Source: an uncultured Desulfobacteraceae bacterium
GTDB taxonomy: Bacteria; Desulfobacterota; Desulfobacteria; Desulfobacterales; UBA5852
Length of the DNA: 64,000 bases
Assembly (NCBI GenBank): GCA_913060875.1
Contig: CAJXSL010000001.1
Location: 1,079,398-1,143,397, forward strand
Direction: 5' to 3'
A model generated the notes under the pieces. The model saw nothing but the letters and a program-made list of their open reading frames with translations, was not told the DNA's origin and did not search any database. Positions 9,620 through 17,800 of this stretch are shown here, in pieces; within the stretch, counting starts at the first letter, position 1; each line of letters opens with the position of its first letter. Both the position numbers and the translations under genes were made by a program.

Positions 9620-11200
9620 TTATTTGGTGACGCCCCGGTAGAAGTTGCTGTCGAAGCTGGGGCCGAGGACGAAGCCCTTCACGTTTGCGCGCTCGGCCGC
9701 CACTTCGATCTCCTGGAACATGATCACGAAGGGCGATGTCGCCTGGTGTTCGCGCTGGATCTCCAGGTACATCTGGGCCCGCTTTTGGGAATCCCTTTCT
9801 TTGACGGCGGCATCCGTCTTCTTGCTCATTTCCGGGATGTCCCAGGCATTGCGCCAGGCCAGGGGCTTGGCCTTGGCGTCGTCGGCGTTGTCGATGTTTT
9901 TGGCAAAGGTGTCGGCATTGGTGTGGGGATCCTGGTAGTCGGGTCCCCAGCGGCCGATGTAGATTTCATGGTTGCGGGCCCGGTACTTGGTCAGGGCCTG
10001 CTTGCCGTCCATGGGTATGATTTCCAGTTTGACCCCGCCCTGGGCGAAGGTGGACTGGATGGCCTGGGCCATGTCCAGGGTCGGGAAATTGTTGCGGGTG
10101 TCCATGGTCAGGGTCAGGCCGTTGGGATAGCCGGCTTCGGCCAGCAGCTGTTTGGCTTTGGCCGGATCCAGCTTGAAGGGCTTGTCTTCCAGGGCGCCCA
10201 GAAAGCCCTTGGGCAGGAAGGCCTGATGGGTAACCATGCTGCCCTTGAGAATCGTATCGGCGATGCCGTCGTAGTCCACGAGATACTTCAGGGCCTGTCG
10301 GACCTGGGGTTTTTTAAGGGCCTCGTGCTTCTGGTTGAGGCCGAGGTAGAAGAGGCCGCCTTTGGGTGAAGGATGGATGCGGATGTCGGGATTGCCTTCC
10401 AGGCCCCTGATCTGGTCGGGTCCTAAATTGCGGGCGATGTCGATGTCGCCTTTCTCCAGTAGCAGGCGCTGGGTGGCTTGTTCGGCAATATGCCGGATGA
10501 TCACGCGTTTCAGGGCCGGGGCGCCGTCCCAGTAGGTTTTGTTGGCGTCCAGGATCAGGATTTCGCTGGCTTTCCACTTGTTATAGCGAAAAGGTCCCGA
10601 ACCGGCATAGTTGGTGCGCAGCCAGGCATGGCCCAGGTCGCCGTCTTTCTCATGCGCCATGACTTCCTTCTTATCCACCACCGAGCCCACCGTGGATGTC
10701 AGGCAGTATAAGACCAAGGTTGGCGCGTAGGCTTTGTCGGTTTCAAGGGTGACGGTGTGGGCATCTACCGCTTTGATGCGGTCGCGTACATTTTTAGTGT
10801 GGAATCCGAACTGACCCAGGATGAAGGCCGGGGATTTGTCCAGAATGACAGCTCGCTGCAGCGAGAAAACGACATCCTCGGCGGTCAGCGGATTGCCCGA
10901 AGCAAACGTGATGCCCTTGCGGATCTTGAAGGTATAGGTTTTACCGTCGGGGGATACATCCCAGCTTTCCGCAGCTACGCCGTAAATTTTGCTGACGTCC
11001 TCTACATCGTAACTGATCAGGCGATCATATGTGTTCGCCGCATATTCAGCTGCCGAAAATTCAAAAATTTCTGCCGGGTCCAGGCTGATGATGTCATCGA
11101 ACTGCCACGCCATGACCAACGTGTCGGCCGGTGTGGCGGCGAGAGCCGGGGTGGAAAACACGATCACCAGAGCCATAACGATTAAGGACCATCTTTGCAT
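9620..11200 (-). CDS. dppA: Peptide ABC transporter substrate-binding protein, family 5
   Basis: Signal peptide MQRW..ALA; SLDP, DGKTYTFKIRKG and GSGPF; RBS GGAGG. Confidence 0.92.
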   Translation of the reverse strand: MQRWSLIVMALVIVFSTPALAATPADTLVMAWQFDDIISLDPAEIFEFSAAEYAANTYDRLISYDVEDVSKIYGVAAESWDVSPDGKTYTFKIRKGITFASGNPLTAEDVVFSLQRAVILDKSPAFILGQFGFHTKNVRDRIKAVDAHTVTLETDKAYAPTLVLYCLTSTVGSVVDKKEVMAHEKDGDLGHAWLRTNYAGSGPFRYNKWKASEILILDANKTYWDGAPALKRVIIRHIAEQATQRLLLEKGDIDIARNLGPDQIRGLEGNPDIRIHPSPKGGLFYLGLNQKHEALKKPQVRQALKYLVDYDGIADTILKGSMVTHQAFLPKGFLGALEDKPFKLDPAKAKQLLAEAGYPNGLTLTMDTRNNFPTLDMAQAIQSTFAQGGVKLEIIPMDGKQALTKYRARNHEIYIGRWGPDYQDPHTNADTFAKNIDNADDAKAKPLAWRNAWDIPEMSKKTDAAVKERDSQKRAQMYLEIQREHQATSPFVIMFQEIEVAAERANVKGFVLGPSFDSNFYRGVTK

Positions 11201-11398
11201 GGCAAACCTCCTGAGGATAAAGGTTATCGATTCCGGATCGCCGGACGCCCGGGGGTGGGGCATGAATGGGGGGAACAGCGTCGGCTTGAAAAACAATACT
11301 AATACAACGTTCGATCATATCGCTGTCAAGCATGAAAAAAGGGCGCCTTGTTGCCCGCAGGCGGGCGAAATGGATGGGTCAATGAAAAAAGTAAAAAG

Positions 11399-11411
11399 TA
11401 ACCTATTGATT
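11399..11411 (-). promoter_or_regulatory. Putative IHF binding site
   Basis: AATCAATAGGTTA on the minus strand matches WATCAA-N4-TTR exactly, in the AT-rich divergent intergenic region. Confidence 0.45.
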
Positions 11412-11615
11412 TTATATCAGGTTTAATTATTATAGAATTATGGCCTTGAAAATAGCGCGGGCCGATTCACCACCGGGAATGCTCGCGGAGCAAGACGGTG
11501 CCTGCCGGGCAGCAGGCGGTTGTCGTTTCTCAATCGGTTTCTACCCTGCCTTGAAGGCGATCCGATGGTTTAAGACCACTTATTGGGATCCGCATCACCA
11601 ACGGAGGGCGATACG

Positions 11616-11867
11616 ATGGATCACGACCCCTATGAGACGTCACAGGAAGCCAAAAAAGACGAATTCCGAAAAGCCGACGATCTAGGCGGACGGCGCCGCA
11701 AAGCCGACCGGCGCGGCCGTACGACGGCGGGTATTTTCCCCGAACGCCGCTGGCTTCGGCACCGGCGTGAGGGGGGCGACCGCCGCAGTTTCCCTTTTTT
11801 CGGCCCCCGCCGGAACCGGGAGCGCCGGGAGGCGTTCAGGGAAACGGAACCGGAAGATAACAGCTGA
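11616..11867 (+). CDS. Small Arg-rich protein with repeated RRxxDRR/ERR motifs (83 aa)
   Basis: RBS GGAGG at 11603-11607; GGRRRKADRR, ERRWLRHRR, GGDRR and RERREAF. Confidence 0.7.
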   Translation: MDHDPYETSQEAKKDEFRKADDLGGRRRKADRRGRTTAGIFPERRWLRHRREGGDRRSFPFFGPRRNRERREAFRETEPEDNS

Positions 11868-12015
11868 TGGTGTTTTCCTCGCGATTCCCTTGGATCATAT
11901 CGGCCCGTGGGAAACTATCTCCCGCGTGCACGGGCCGCCTTGCGCGACAGGTGGCGCCGGTCGCCCTGCCGCCGTGCTCCCCGAAACGGTAGACCATCCC
12001 GCCGAAACTGCACCC

Positions 12016-12651
12016 CTATCCTTTAAATGTGTCTGCCCCCATGCGCACCGCAAGGCAGAGGCCATCATGTTCCGGTGAATGCTCCGGCAAAAACGCAAAG
12101 AGACTGACTTCCCGCCAGGCGGGATCTTCGTGCAGGGCGCGGTTGAAGGGGGCGGCATCCGCGAAGGCCACATTGTCGGCCAGCAAAAGACCGCCCGGCC
12201 GCAGTAAACGGGCACAATGGGCCAGGGCCGGCAGATAGTCTTCCTTTTCGATATCCATGAAAATAAAATCGAAGTGCTCCGTTGATGCTGCGATGGTTTC
12301 CAGGGCATTGACGCATTTCACATCGGCCCATGCCGAGAGACCGGCTTTCTCCAGATTGGCGGCAGCACGGCGGGCCATGGCATCGTCCCATTCCAGCGCC
12401 GTAAGTCGGCCGCCGGTTTCGGCGCAGGCCTGGGCCAGGAAGATGGCCGAGTATCCGGTGGCCGTCCCCAGTTCCAGGATTTTTTGGGCCCCGGTGGCCC
12501 GTGCCAGGATGTAAAGCAACTCCCCCACCAGGGGGCCCACGATGGGGATGTCTTCCCGGCGGGCTTCCTCCTCCAGCGCCAGGAGCAGGTCGCTGCGTTC
12601 GGGGACCAGATTGCGAAAATAGGTCTCGGGATGGGCGATTATTTCGGACAT
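12016..12651 (-). CDS. SAM-dependent O-methyltransferase (Methyltransf_3, COMT/YrrM-like)
   Basis: ILELGTATGYS, FDFIFMD and LRPGGLLLADN; RBS GGAGG. Confidence 0.9.
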   Translation of the reverse strand: MSEIIAHPETYFRNLVPERSDLLLALEEEARREDIPIVGPLVGELLYILARATGAQKILELGTATGYSAIFLAQACAETGGRLTALEWDDAMARRAAANLEKAGLSAWADVKCVNALETIAASTEHFDFIFMDIEKEDYLPALAHCARLLRPGGLLLADNVAFADAAPFNRALHEDPAWREVSLFAFLPEHSPEHDGLCLAVRMGADTFKG

Positions 12652-12696
12652 GGCGCAGTCCTCCTTAAGATTTTTTCCCATATGAGTTGATGGAAA

Positions 12697-12820
12697 AGGG
12701 GCCAAGGATTCGAGGATTCAAGGGCTCAAGTGTAACTTGTATAAAAAAAGCGCCAAGCTCAAAGCGTCAAGCTGAAAGCGAGAGGCCGAAGAGAAGGGCA
12801 GCGTCACTGGGAATTTTAAA
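12697..12820 (+). repeat. Octamer-array element, family A copy 4 (right arm lost)
   Basis: Nearly identical to copy 1 left arm and core (about 1300-1408); ends abruptly at a family B element end. Confidence 0.88.
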
Positions 12821-12891
12821 TAGTGTCCATCCATAAATGGCATCTTTCGGCCCCGGGCGGCGTTTTCGCTCTTTTGAAATCCTCGAAATAG
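12821..12891 (-). mobile_element. Half copy of MITE-like family B element
   Basis: Reverse complement of 13931-14001 with about 4 mismatches over 71 bp. Confidence 0.8.
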
Positions 12892-12892
12892 T

Positions 12893-13744
12893 TCATTTAT
12901 CGTGTCCGTCCGGAAGAGGCATCTTTTGGCAGGCCGGGCAGATGTGCGTGCTGCGCTGGCCCACCACCATGCGCACGATGGTGGCACGGCAGCGCGGGCA
13001 TGGCATTCCGTGACGGCGGAAGACTTTCAGCTCGTCCTTGTTCCGACCGCGATTGCCGGCCACGGAATAGAATGTGGTTTCCCCGGTTCCCAGGGTCGTG
13101 CCCATGTTGCGCAGGCCGCGACGGAGCACCTTGCGGATGGACCGGTGAAGCCGGCGGATTTCCGACTTGCCCAGGTCAGCCGACGACCGGGTGGGATGGA
13201 GACCGGCATCCCACAGGGCCTCGTCCACGTAGATGTTGCCCAGCCCGGCAAGGAACTGCTGGTCCAGCAGAAGCGGTTTGAGGTGACGGCGGCGGGTGGT
13301 CAGGCGCTGTCCGAAGCGCCGGGCGGTGAATTGCCGCGACAGGGGCTCCGGCCCCAGGCGTGCGAGCATCGTGTCGCTGTTCGCTATATAGAACCGGCCG
13401 AACTTGCGCGTATCATGATAACGCAACTGCTGCTGCCCGTCGAAGCTGAAGGCGACATGGTCATGTCTGCCGAAGGCCGTATCCCGATTTGCCAGGTAGA
13501 AACGTCCGGTCATGCGGAGATGGGTCAGCATGGTCAGGCCCTCATCCAGGTGCCAGACAATGAATTTGGCCCGCCGGGTGATGTTGTCGATCCGGCGGCC
13601 CGCCAGCGTCCGCCGGAAAGCTTTGGGCGCCAGCGCGGCGATGCTGCCCGGCCAGCGGACATGGACATCCGTGATGGTTTGGCCTGCAAGGCCGGTGGCG
13701 ATAAGGTCGTCGACAACGGTTTGGACTTCGGGGAGTTCGGGCAT
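12893..13744 (-). CDS. mutM: Formamidopyrimidine-DNA glycosylase
   Basis: N-terminal MPELPEV, HLRMTG, GLGNIYVDE and C-terminal CPRC...CPACQ zinc finger. Confidence 0.96.
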   Translation of the reverse strand: MPELPEVQTVVDDLIATGLAGQTITDVHVRWPGSIAALAPKAFRRTLAGRRIDNITRRAKFIVWHLDEGLTMLTHLRMTGRFYLANRDTAFGRHDHVAFSFDGQQQLRYHDTRKFGRFYIANSDTMLARLGPEPLSRQFTARRFGQRLTTRRRHLKPLLLDQQFLAGLGNIYVDEALWDAGLHPTRSSADLGKSEIRRLHRSIRKVLRRGLRNMGTTLGTGETTFYSVAGNRGRNKDELKVFRRHGMPCPRCRATIVRMVVGQRSTHICPACQKMPLPDGHDK

Positions 13745-13855
13745 GGTTTTTCTTTCGGGATGAGCCTCACGGGCATCATATGCGCAGGTATTCATGCGGC
13801 GCCGCATGGTCGGTTTGAGCCGTTCTGTAGCGTCCGGCTGGTACCGAAGATAACC

Positions 13856-14001
13856 TAGTGTTCGTCCAGTAATGGTAGATTTTGGTTCCGAGCAAGGTCT
13901 GAGCGATTTGGAAACCGCAGGAATAGTGGACTATTTCGAGGATTTCAAAAGAGCGAAAACGCCGCTCGGGACCAAAAGATGCTATTTATGGATGGACACT
14001 A
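13856..14001 (+). mobile_element. MITE-like element, family B (146 bp)
   Basis: 38-bp imperfect terminal inverted repeats (29/38), TA ends, direct repeat TAACCTA at 13851-13857 and 14000-14006, and a central hairpin AATAG-TGGA-CTATT. Confidence 0.8.
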
Positions 14002-14093
14002 ACCTAAATGCCAGGAGAGGGCAGGTCAAGGACGGTCAGCCGGCTGATGTTAAAAAATCCGGTGACCAGCTGGCCTGGGGCGGGAGTTCTTTT

Positions 14094-14174
14094 TTAGCCT
14101 ATGGCGACCCGGATGAGGGCAAAGGCCGCGATGAGCAACCCGATCAGGTCGAAGTTGTCAATGGTGTGGTGCAT
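14094..14174 (-). CDS. Putative 26-aa single-TM peptide MHHTIDNFDLIGLLIAAFALIRVAIG
   Basis: Manual translation; lies about 45 bp downstream of a sigma54 -24/-12 motif; RBS weak. Confidence 0.5.
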   Translation of the reverse strand: MHHTIDNFDLIGLLIAAFALIRVAIG

Positions 14175-14218
14175 CGCAAAGCCGCTTTCGTTTGGGGTTG
14201 AAAATTTAAAAGCTACAA

Positions 14219-14234
14219 AGCAATTCCTGTGCCG
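14219..14234 (-). promoter_or_regulatory. Sigma54 -24/-12 promoter
   Basis: CGGCACAGGAATTGCT, a GG-N10-GC near-consensus match. Confidence 0.7.
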
Positions 14235-14392
14235 AAACCATGTATATTTTTAACATACCGAAAAAGCTACTAAAGTCAATAACCCAACGATGGTGTGTAA
14301 ATGGATTTGAGATTATTTTTTAATATAAATAGGAAATGAATTGCCTAATTGCGGCGATTGGGCGTTGGTTCAGGGCAGTACCTCGATGCCCC

Positions 14393-14435
14393 AAAAAAAA
14401 CCCCGCCTGTCAAAGCCGGCAGATGACAGGCGGGG
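14393..14435 (-). terminator. Intrinsic terminator
   Basis: Perfect 12-bp stem CCCCGCCTGTCA/TGACAGGCGGGG followed by T8 on the minus strand. Confidence 0.85.
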
Positions 14436-14542
14436 CGGAAGAATACGCGGAGAGGTGTTGGGCGTATCCTTCAGGAGGGCGGTTAAGGGACTTTCCCCTT
14501 GTATTGTTGGAATGGGTCAAACGGTCCCAGCAACCCTGTGGC
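14393..14542 (-). ncRNA. Candidate sigma54-dependent small RNA (~150 nt)
   Basis: Bounded by a sigma54 promoter (14553-14568) and a strong intrinsic terminator; no ATG ORF; contains CCCUCCU and ACCUCUCC tracts. Confidence 0.5.
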
Positions 14543-14552
14543 GCTTAGACGT

Positions 14553-14568
14553 AGCATAATCGATGCCA
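14553..14568 (-). promoter_or_regulatory. Sigma54 -24/-12 promoter
   Basis: TGGCATCGATTATGCT, GG-N10-GC spacing. Confidence 0.65.
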
Positions 14569-14684
14569 GTTTTTTATTATTTCTCATCATCGTCAAATTT
14601 TACTTGGATTGGTAAAAACATCAATAATTCAGCGGGATAAACAACAGGCGCGGATGGACTGCAATTTCCTTCGGGTCTATCGCC

Positions 14685-14733
14685 TGTCAATGATGTTGAT
14701 ATATCTGCAGGGGTGCTGTAAACTTCATAGACA
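14685..14733. promoter_or_regulatory. Paired putative enhancer (UAS) sites for a sigma54 activator
   Basis: TGTCAA-N5-TTGATA (14685-14701) and TGTAAA-N5-TAGACA (14717-14733), 32 bp apart; a third match TGTAAA-N5-TTGAGA lies at 14296-14312. Confidence 0.5.
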
Positions 14734-14950
14734 TTGTTTTGAAGCCTGTTTGTGCCCTAATCCCGATGGTACCCTAAAAAGAGGTTTGTCTGTCATTCCG
14801 GATTTCGAAAAGCGCCCGGGGCAGGCATTTATCCGGAGTCTCTAACACCTGGATATCAATAGATCCCGGCTTTCGTTGGAATGACGCCGAAGCGGGAAAT
14901 ACGACATGTAACGGTCCATCTATCCTGGACCCAAAACGTTGGGAACGCCT

Positions 14951-16510
14951 ATGCCATCCGTCCTGCCCGAGGAATCCTTTTCCGGCCGCGAACTCGAACT
15001 CCTCCATGAGGTTTCCGCCTCGATCCAGGCCTTTTCCGATTTGAACGATCTGCTTCGGCATATCATGCGCCAGATCAAAAATGCCTTCGGGATCGAAGGG
15101 GCTTCCATCGCCCTGCATGATCCTGAAAAGGAGGAGTTCTACTTTATCCGAACCGTAGAGGAATTAAACGGCCGCGATTCGGACGAAGAGGCACCCATGC
15201 GTTTCCCGGACGACTATGGCGTGGGCGGCTGGGTGTTCCGTGAAAACAGCACGGTCATTATCCCGGATGTGGCCAATGACGAACGCTTTGCCAACACCTT
15301 GAATCTTCAGCAGTCTTTCCAGACACGCTCCATGATCTGTATCCCGCTGAATACCAGCAAGGCCCGGATCGGCGTTTTCTATGCCTTGAACAAAACCGAG
15401 GGAATCTTCACGGATCACGAAGCGCGGTTGCTGGAGGTCCTGGCGGGACCCATTGCTGTTTCCATCGAGAATGCCCGTCTTTACGGTGCGTTGAAGCAAC
15501 ATGCCGATCAACTGGCCTCTGAAAATGTCCGCTTGAAAGCCGAGGTCCAAAACCGGTTCAATCTGCAGGGTGTTATCGGTTCCTGTCCTGCCATGGAAAA
15601 GGTGTTCAACCTGGTTGAGAAGGTTATCGACAATACGACATCGGTGCTGATCCAGGGCGATACCGGTACGGGCAAAGAAATGATTGCCCGTGTCATTCAC
15701 TACAGCGGCCCGCTGCGGGACAAACCTTTTGTGGCCGAAAATTGCGGTGCCCTTTCAGAAAATCTTCTGGAAAGCGAATTGTTTGGCCATGTCAAAGGGG
15801 CTTTTACCGGCGCGGTGTCCGATAAAAAGGGCCTGTTCGAGATGGCCGATGGCGGGACCGTATTCCTGGATGAAATTGCCGATATGCCGCCGGCCATGCA
15901 GATCAAGCTGCTGCGCGTACTGCAGGAAGGCCAGGTGCGGCCTGTGGGCGGGTCCAGCATTATCCAGGTCAATTTCCGCCTGATTGCCTCCTCCAACCGT
16001 GATCTCCACCAGGAAGTGGTCAAGGGGCGTTTTCGGGATGATCTGTTTTACCGCATCCAGGTTTTCCCCATCATACTGCCTCCCTTGAAAGACCGACGGG
16101 AAGATATCCCACTGCTGGCCACGCATTTCCTGGACAAGTGCGCCCGGAAATTCAAGATGCCGGTAGGCCGTATGAAACCCACCGCCATGGAAATGCTGTC
16201 CCGCTTTGATTGGCCGGGCAACATCCGGGAACTGGAAAACGAAATCGAGCGGGCCGTATGCCTGGCCGGCCAGGATCAGGAGATCGGCATCGACTGTCTT
16301 TCAGAGAAAATTACGGCCATTGCAGCGGACGAGCCGCTGGAAACCCTGAAGGATGCCACCTTGCAGCAGACGGTGGCGCGGCTCGAGAAGAAAATGATCA
16401 TCGACGCCCTGCGCAAATCGGGCGGCAACCGGTCCCAGGCCGCCCGGACGCTGGGACTGACGCGCCAGGGGCTTTTGAACAAAATTGGGCGCTACGAAAT
16501 CGATCTGTAG
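14951..16510 (+). CDS. Sigma54-dependent activator (GAF-AAA+-Fis HTH)
   Basis: N-terminal GAF; GDTGTGKE, ESELFGH, GAFTGA, FLDEI and WPGNIRELEN; HTH GNRSQAARTLG. Confidence 0.95.
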   Translation: MPSVLPEESFSGRELELLHEVSASIQAFSDLNDLLRHIMRQIKNAFGIEGASIALHDPEKEEFYFIRTVEELNGRDSDEEAPMRFPDDYGVGGWVFRENSTVIIPDVANDERFANTLNLQQSFQTRSMICIPLNTSKARIGVFYALNKTEGIFTDHEARLLEVLAGPIAVSIENARLYGALKQHADQLASENVRLKAEVQNRFNLQGVIGSCPAMEKVFNLVEKVIDNTTSVLIQGDTGTGKEMIARVIHYSGPLRDKPFVAENCGALSENLLESELFGHVKGAFTGAVSDKKGLFEMADGGTVFLDEIADMPPAMQIKLLRVLQEGQVRPVGGSSIIQVNFRLIASSNRDLHQEVVKGRFRDDLFYRIQVFPIILPPLKDRREDIPLLATHFLDKCARKFKMPVGRMKPTAMEMLSRFDWPGNIRELENEIERAVCLAGQDQEIGIDCLSEKITAIAADEPLETLKDATLQQTVARLEKKMIIDALRKSGGNRSQAARTLGLTRQGLLNKIGRYEIDL

Positions 16511-16537
16511 CCGCCGACACGACGGAAAGAGAAAAAC

Positions 16538-17653
16538 ATGGACGATAGGCTGACGGTGGGCAATGTGACCGCCGAACCGGGGACGATCCAATATGGCCGC
16601 TGGGAGGCCCTGGCCCACCCCACCGGCCACATGGAGTTTTTTCCCGTCATTCTGGCCCGGGGGGCGGCACCAGGGCCCTGCCTCTGGTTGACCGCCGGCA
16701 TTCACGGGAACGAGCAGGCCGGCCCCCTGGCCCTCTACCGACTCATCAGCGAAGACCTGGTTCGCCGTTTAAAGGGCACCATCGTCGCCATGCCGGCCCT
16801 CAACCCCGCCGGGCTTCGCACCATGCAGCGCGCCCCTTATCATGCCAATGCGGATCCCAACCGGTTCTGGCCGGAAATGAAAGGCACTCCGGCAGCCGAT
16901 CCGGACCGCGATCCGCCTTCATCCCTGGAGCAGGCCTATCAGCGCCTGTATGATGAAATCGTTGCTTCGGCGGATTACTTCATTGATTTCCACAACGCCT
17001 GGATCGGCTCGCTCTCCTTCGCCCTGCGGGATCGCATTCTCTACCAGGCCGGTGATGAGGCGGACCAACGGCGGGCCCGCGAACTGGCCGACCGCCTGGA
17101 TCAGATGGTCAACGCCTACGGGCATACCGTTGTCAACGAGTACCCCGCCGAAACCTATATCCGCGAAAATCTTCACCGGACGGCATCCGGTTCCGTGCTT
17201 CAAAAAAGCCGCATTCCGGCTTTTACCGCCGAATTGGGCACTGGGCTGGTGCCGGACCCGGCCATCATCCAGGCGGCCTGTGCCGGCACCCGCAATGTCA
17301 TGCGCTGGGCCGGTATGCTCGATGACGAAAACGAAGCCATCGAAGACACCCGGGTCATCCGGCCGGGATATCCCGTCCGCCGCATGCGCACCCCACGGGT
17401 GCCGGAAGCCTGTATCGTCCATCATCTGGTGGATGCGGGCATGCGGGTCGGCAAGGGGGATGTGGTGGCGGAAATGCGTGATGTCTGGGGCCGGCCGGTG
17501 GGCAACGGCGTCATTCGTTCTTCCCATGAAGGGATTGTGCTGGGGCGCACCCACGGGGTCTATTTCTATCCGGGCCAGCCGATTCTGACCATGGCGGTGC
17601 GGGACGACGGCACGCTGATTGCACCCTATCCGGATACCTACGGAAAACTCTGA
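16538..17653 (+). CDS. Succinylglutamate desuccinylase/aspartoacylase family (M14) deacylase
   Basis: GIHGNE zinc motif, DPNRFWP, IDFH and AELG; C-terminal biotinyl-like domain. Confidence 0.85.
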   Translation: MDDRLTVGNVTAEPGTIQYGRWEALAHPTGHMEFFPVILARGAAPGPCLWLTAGIHGNEQAGPLALYRLISEDLVRRLKGTIVAMPALNPAGLRTMQRAPYHANADPNRFWPEMKGTPAADPDRDPPSSLEQAYQRLYDEIVASADYFIDFHNAWIGSLSFALRDRILYQAGDEADQRRARELADRLDQMVNAYGHTVVNEYPAETYIRENLHRTASGSVLQKSRIPAFTAELGTGLVPDPAIIQAACAGTRNVMRWAGMLDDENEAIEDTRVIRPGYPVRRMRTPRVPEACIVHHLVDAGMRVGKGDVVAEMRDVWGRPVGNGVIRSSHEGIVLGRTHGVYFYPGQPILTMAVRDDGTLIAPYPDTYGKL

Positions 17654-17686
17654 CCGCCCCGCCGATGCTCGGCGCGGGACAAAGGG
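17654..17686 (+). repeat. Family C repeat fragment
   Basis: CCGCCCCGCCGATGCTCGGCGCGGGACAAAGGG matches 18948-18980 with 2 mismatches. Confidence 0.7.
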
Positions 17687-17800
17687 AAAGCAAGCCCCAA
17701 AAGGACAAACCATTTTAAAGTCCCTTCAAAGGATGCTGCCGGATGCATCCCGCTAGGCGGGAGGCATTTCAAGATTTCTTTTCCGGGCAAGAAAAGAAAT

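Noticed and set aside
11441..11456. Sigma54 promoter TGGCCTTGAAAATAGC upstream of the Arg-rich ORF
   Set aside because: GG-to-GC spacing is 11 rather than the required 10 nt.
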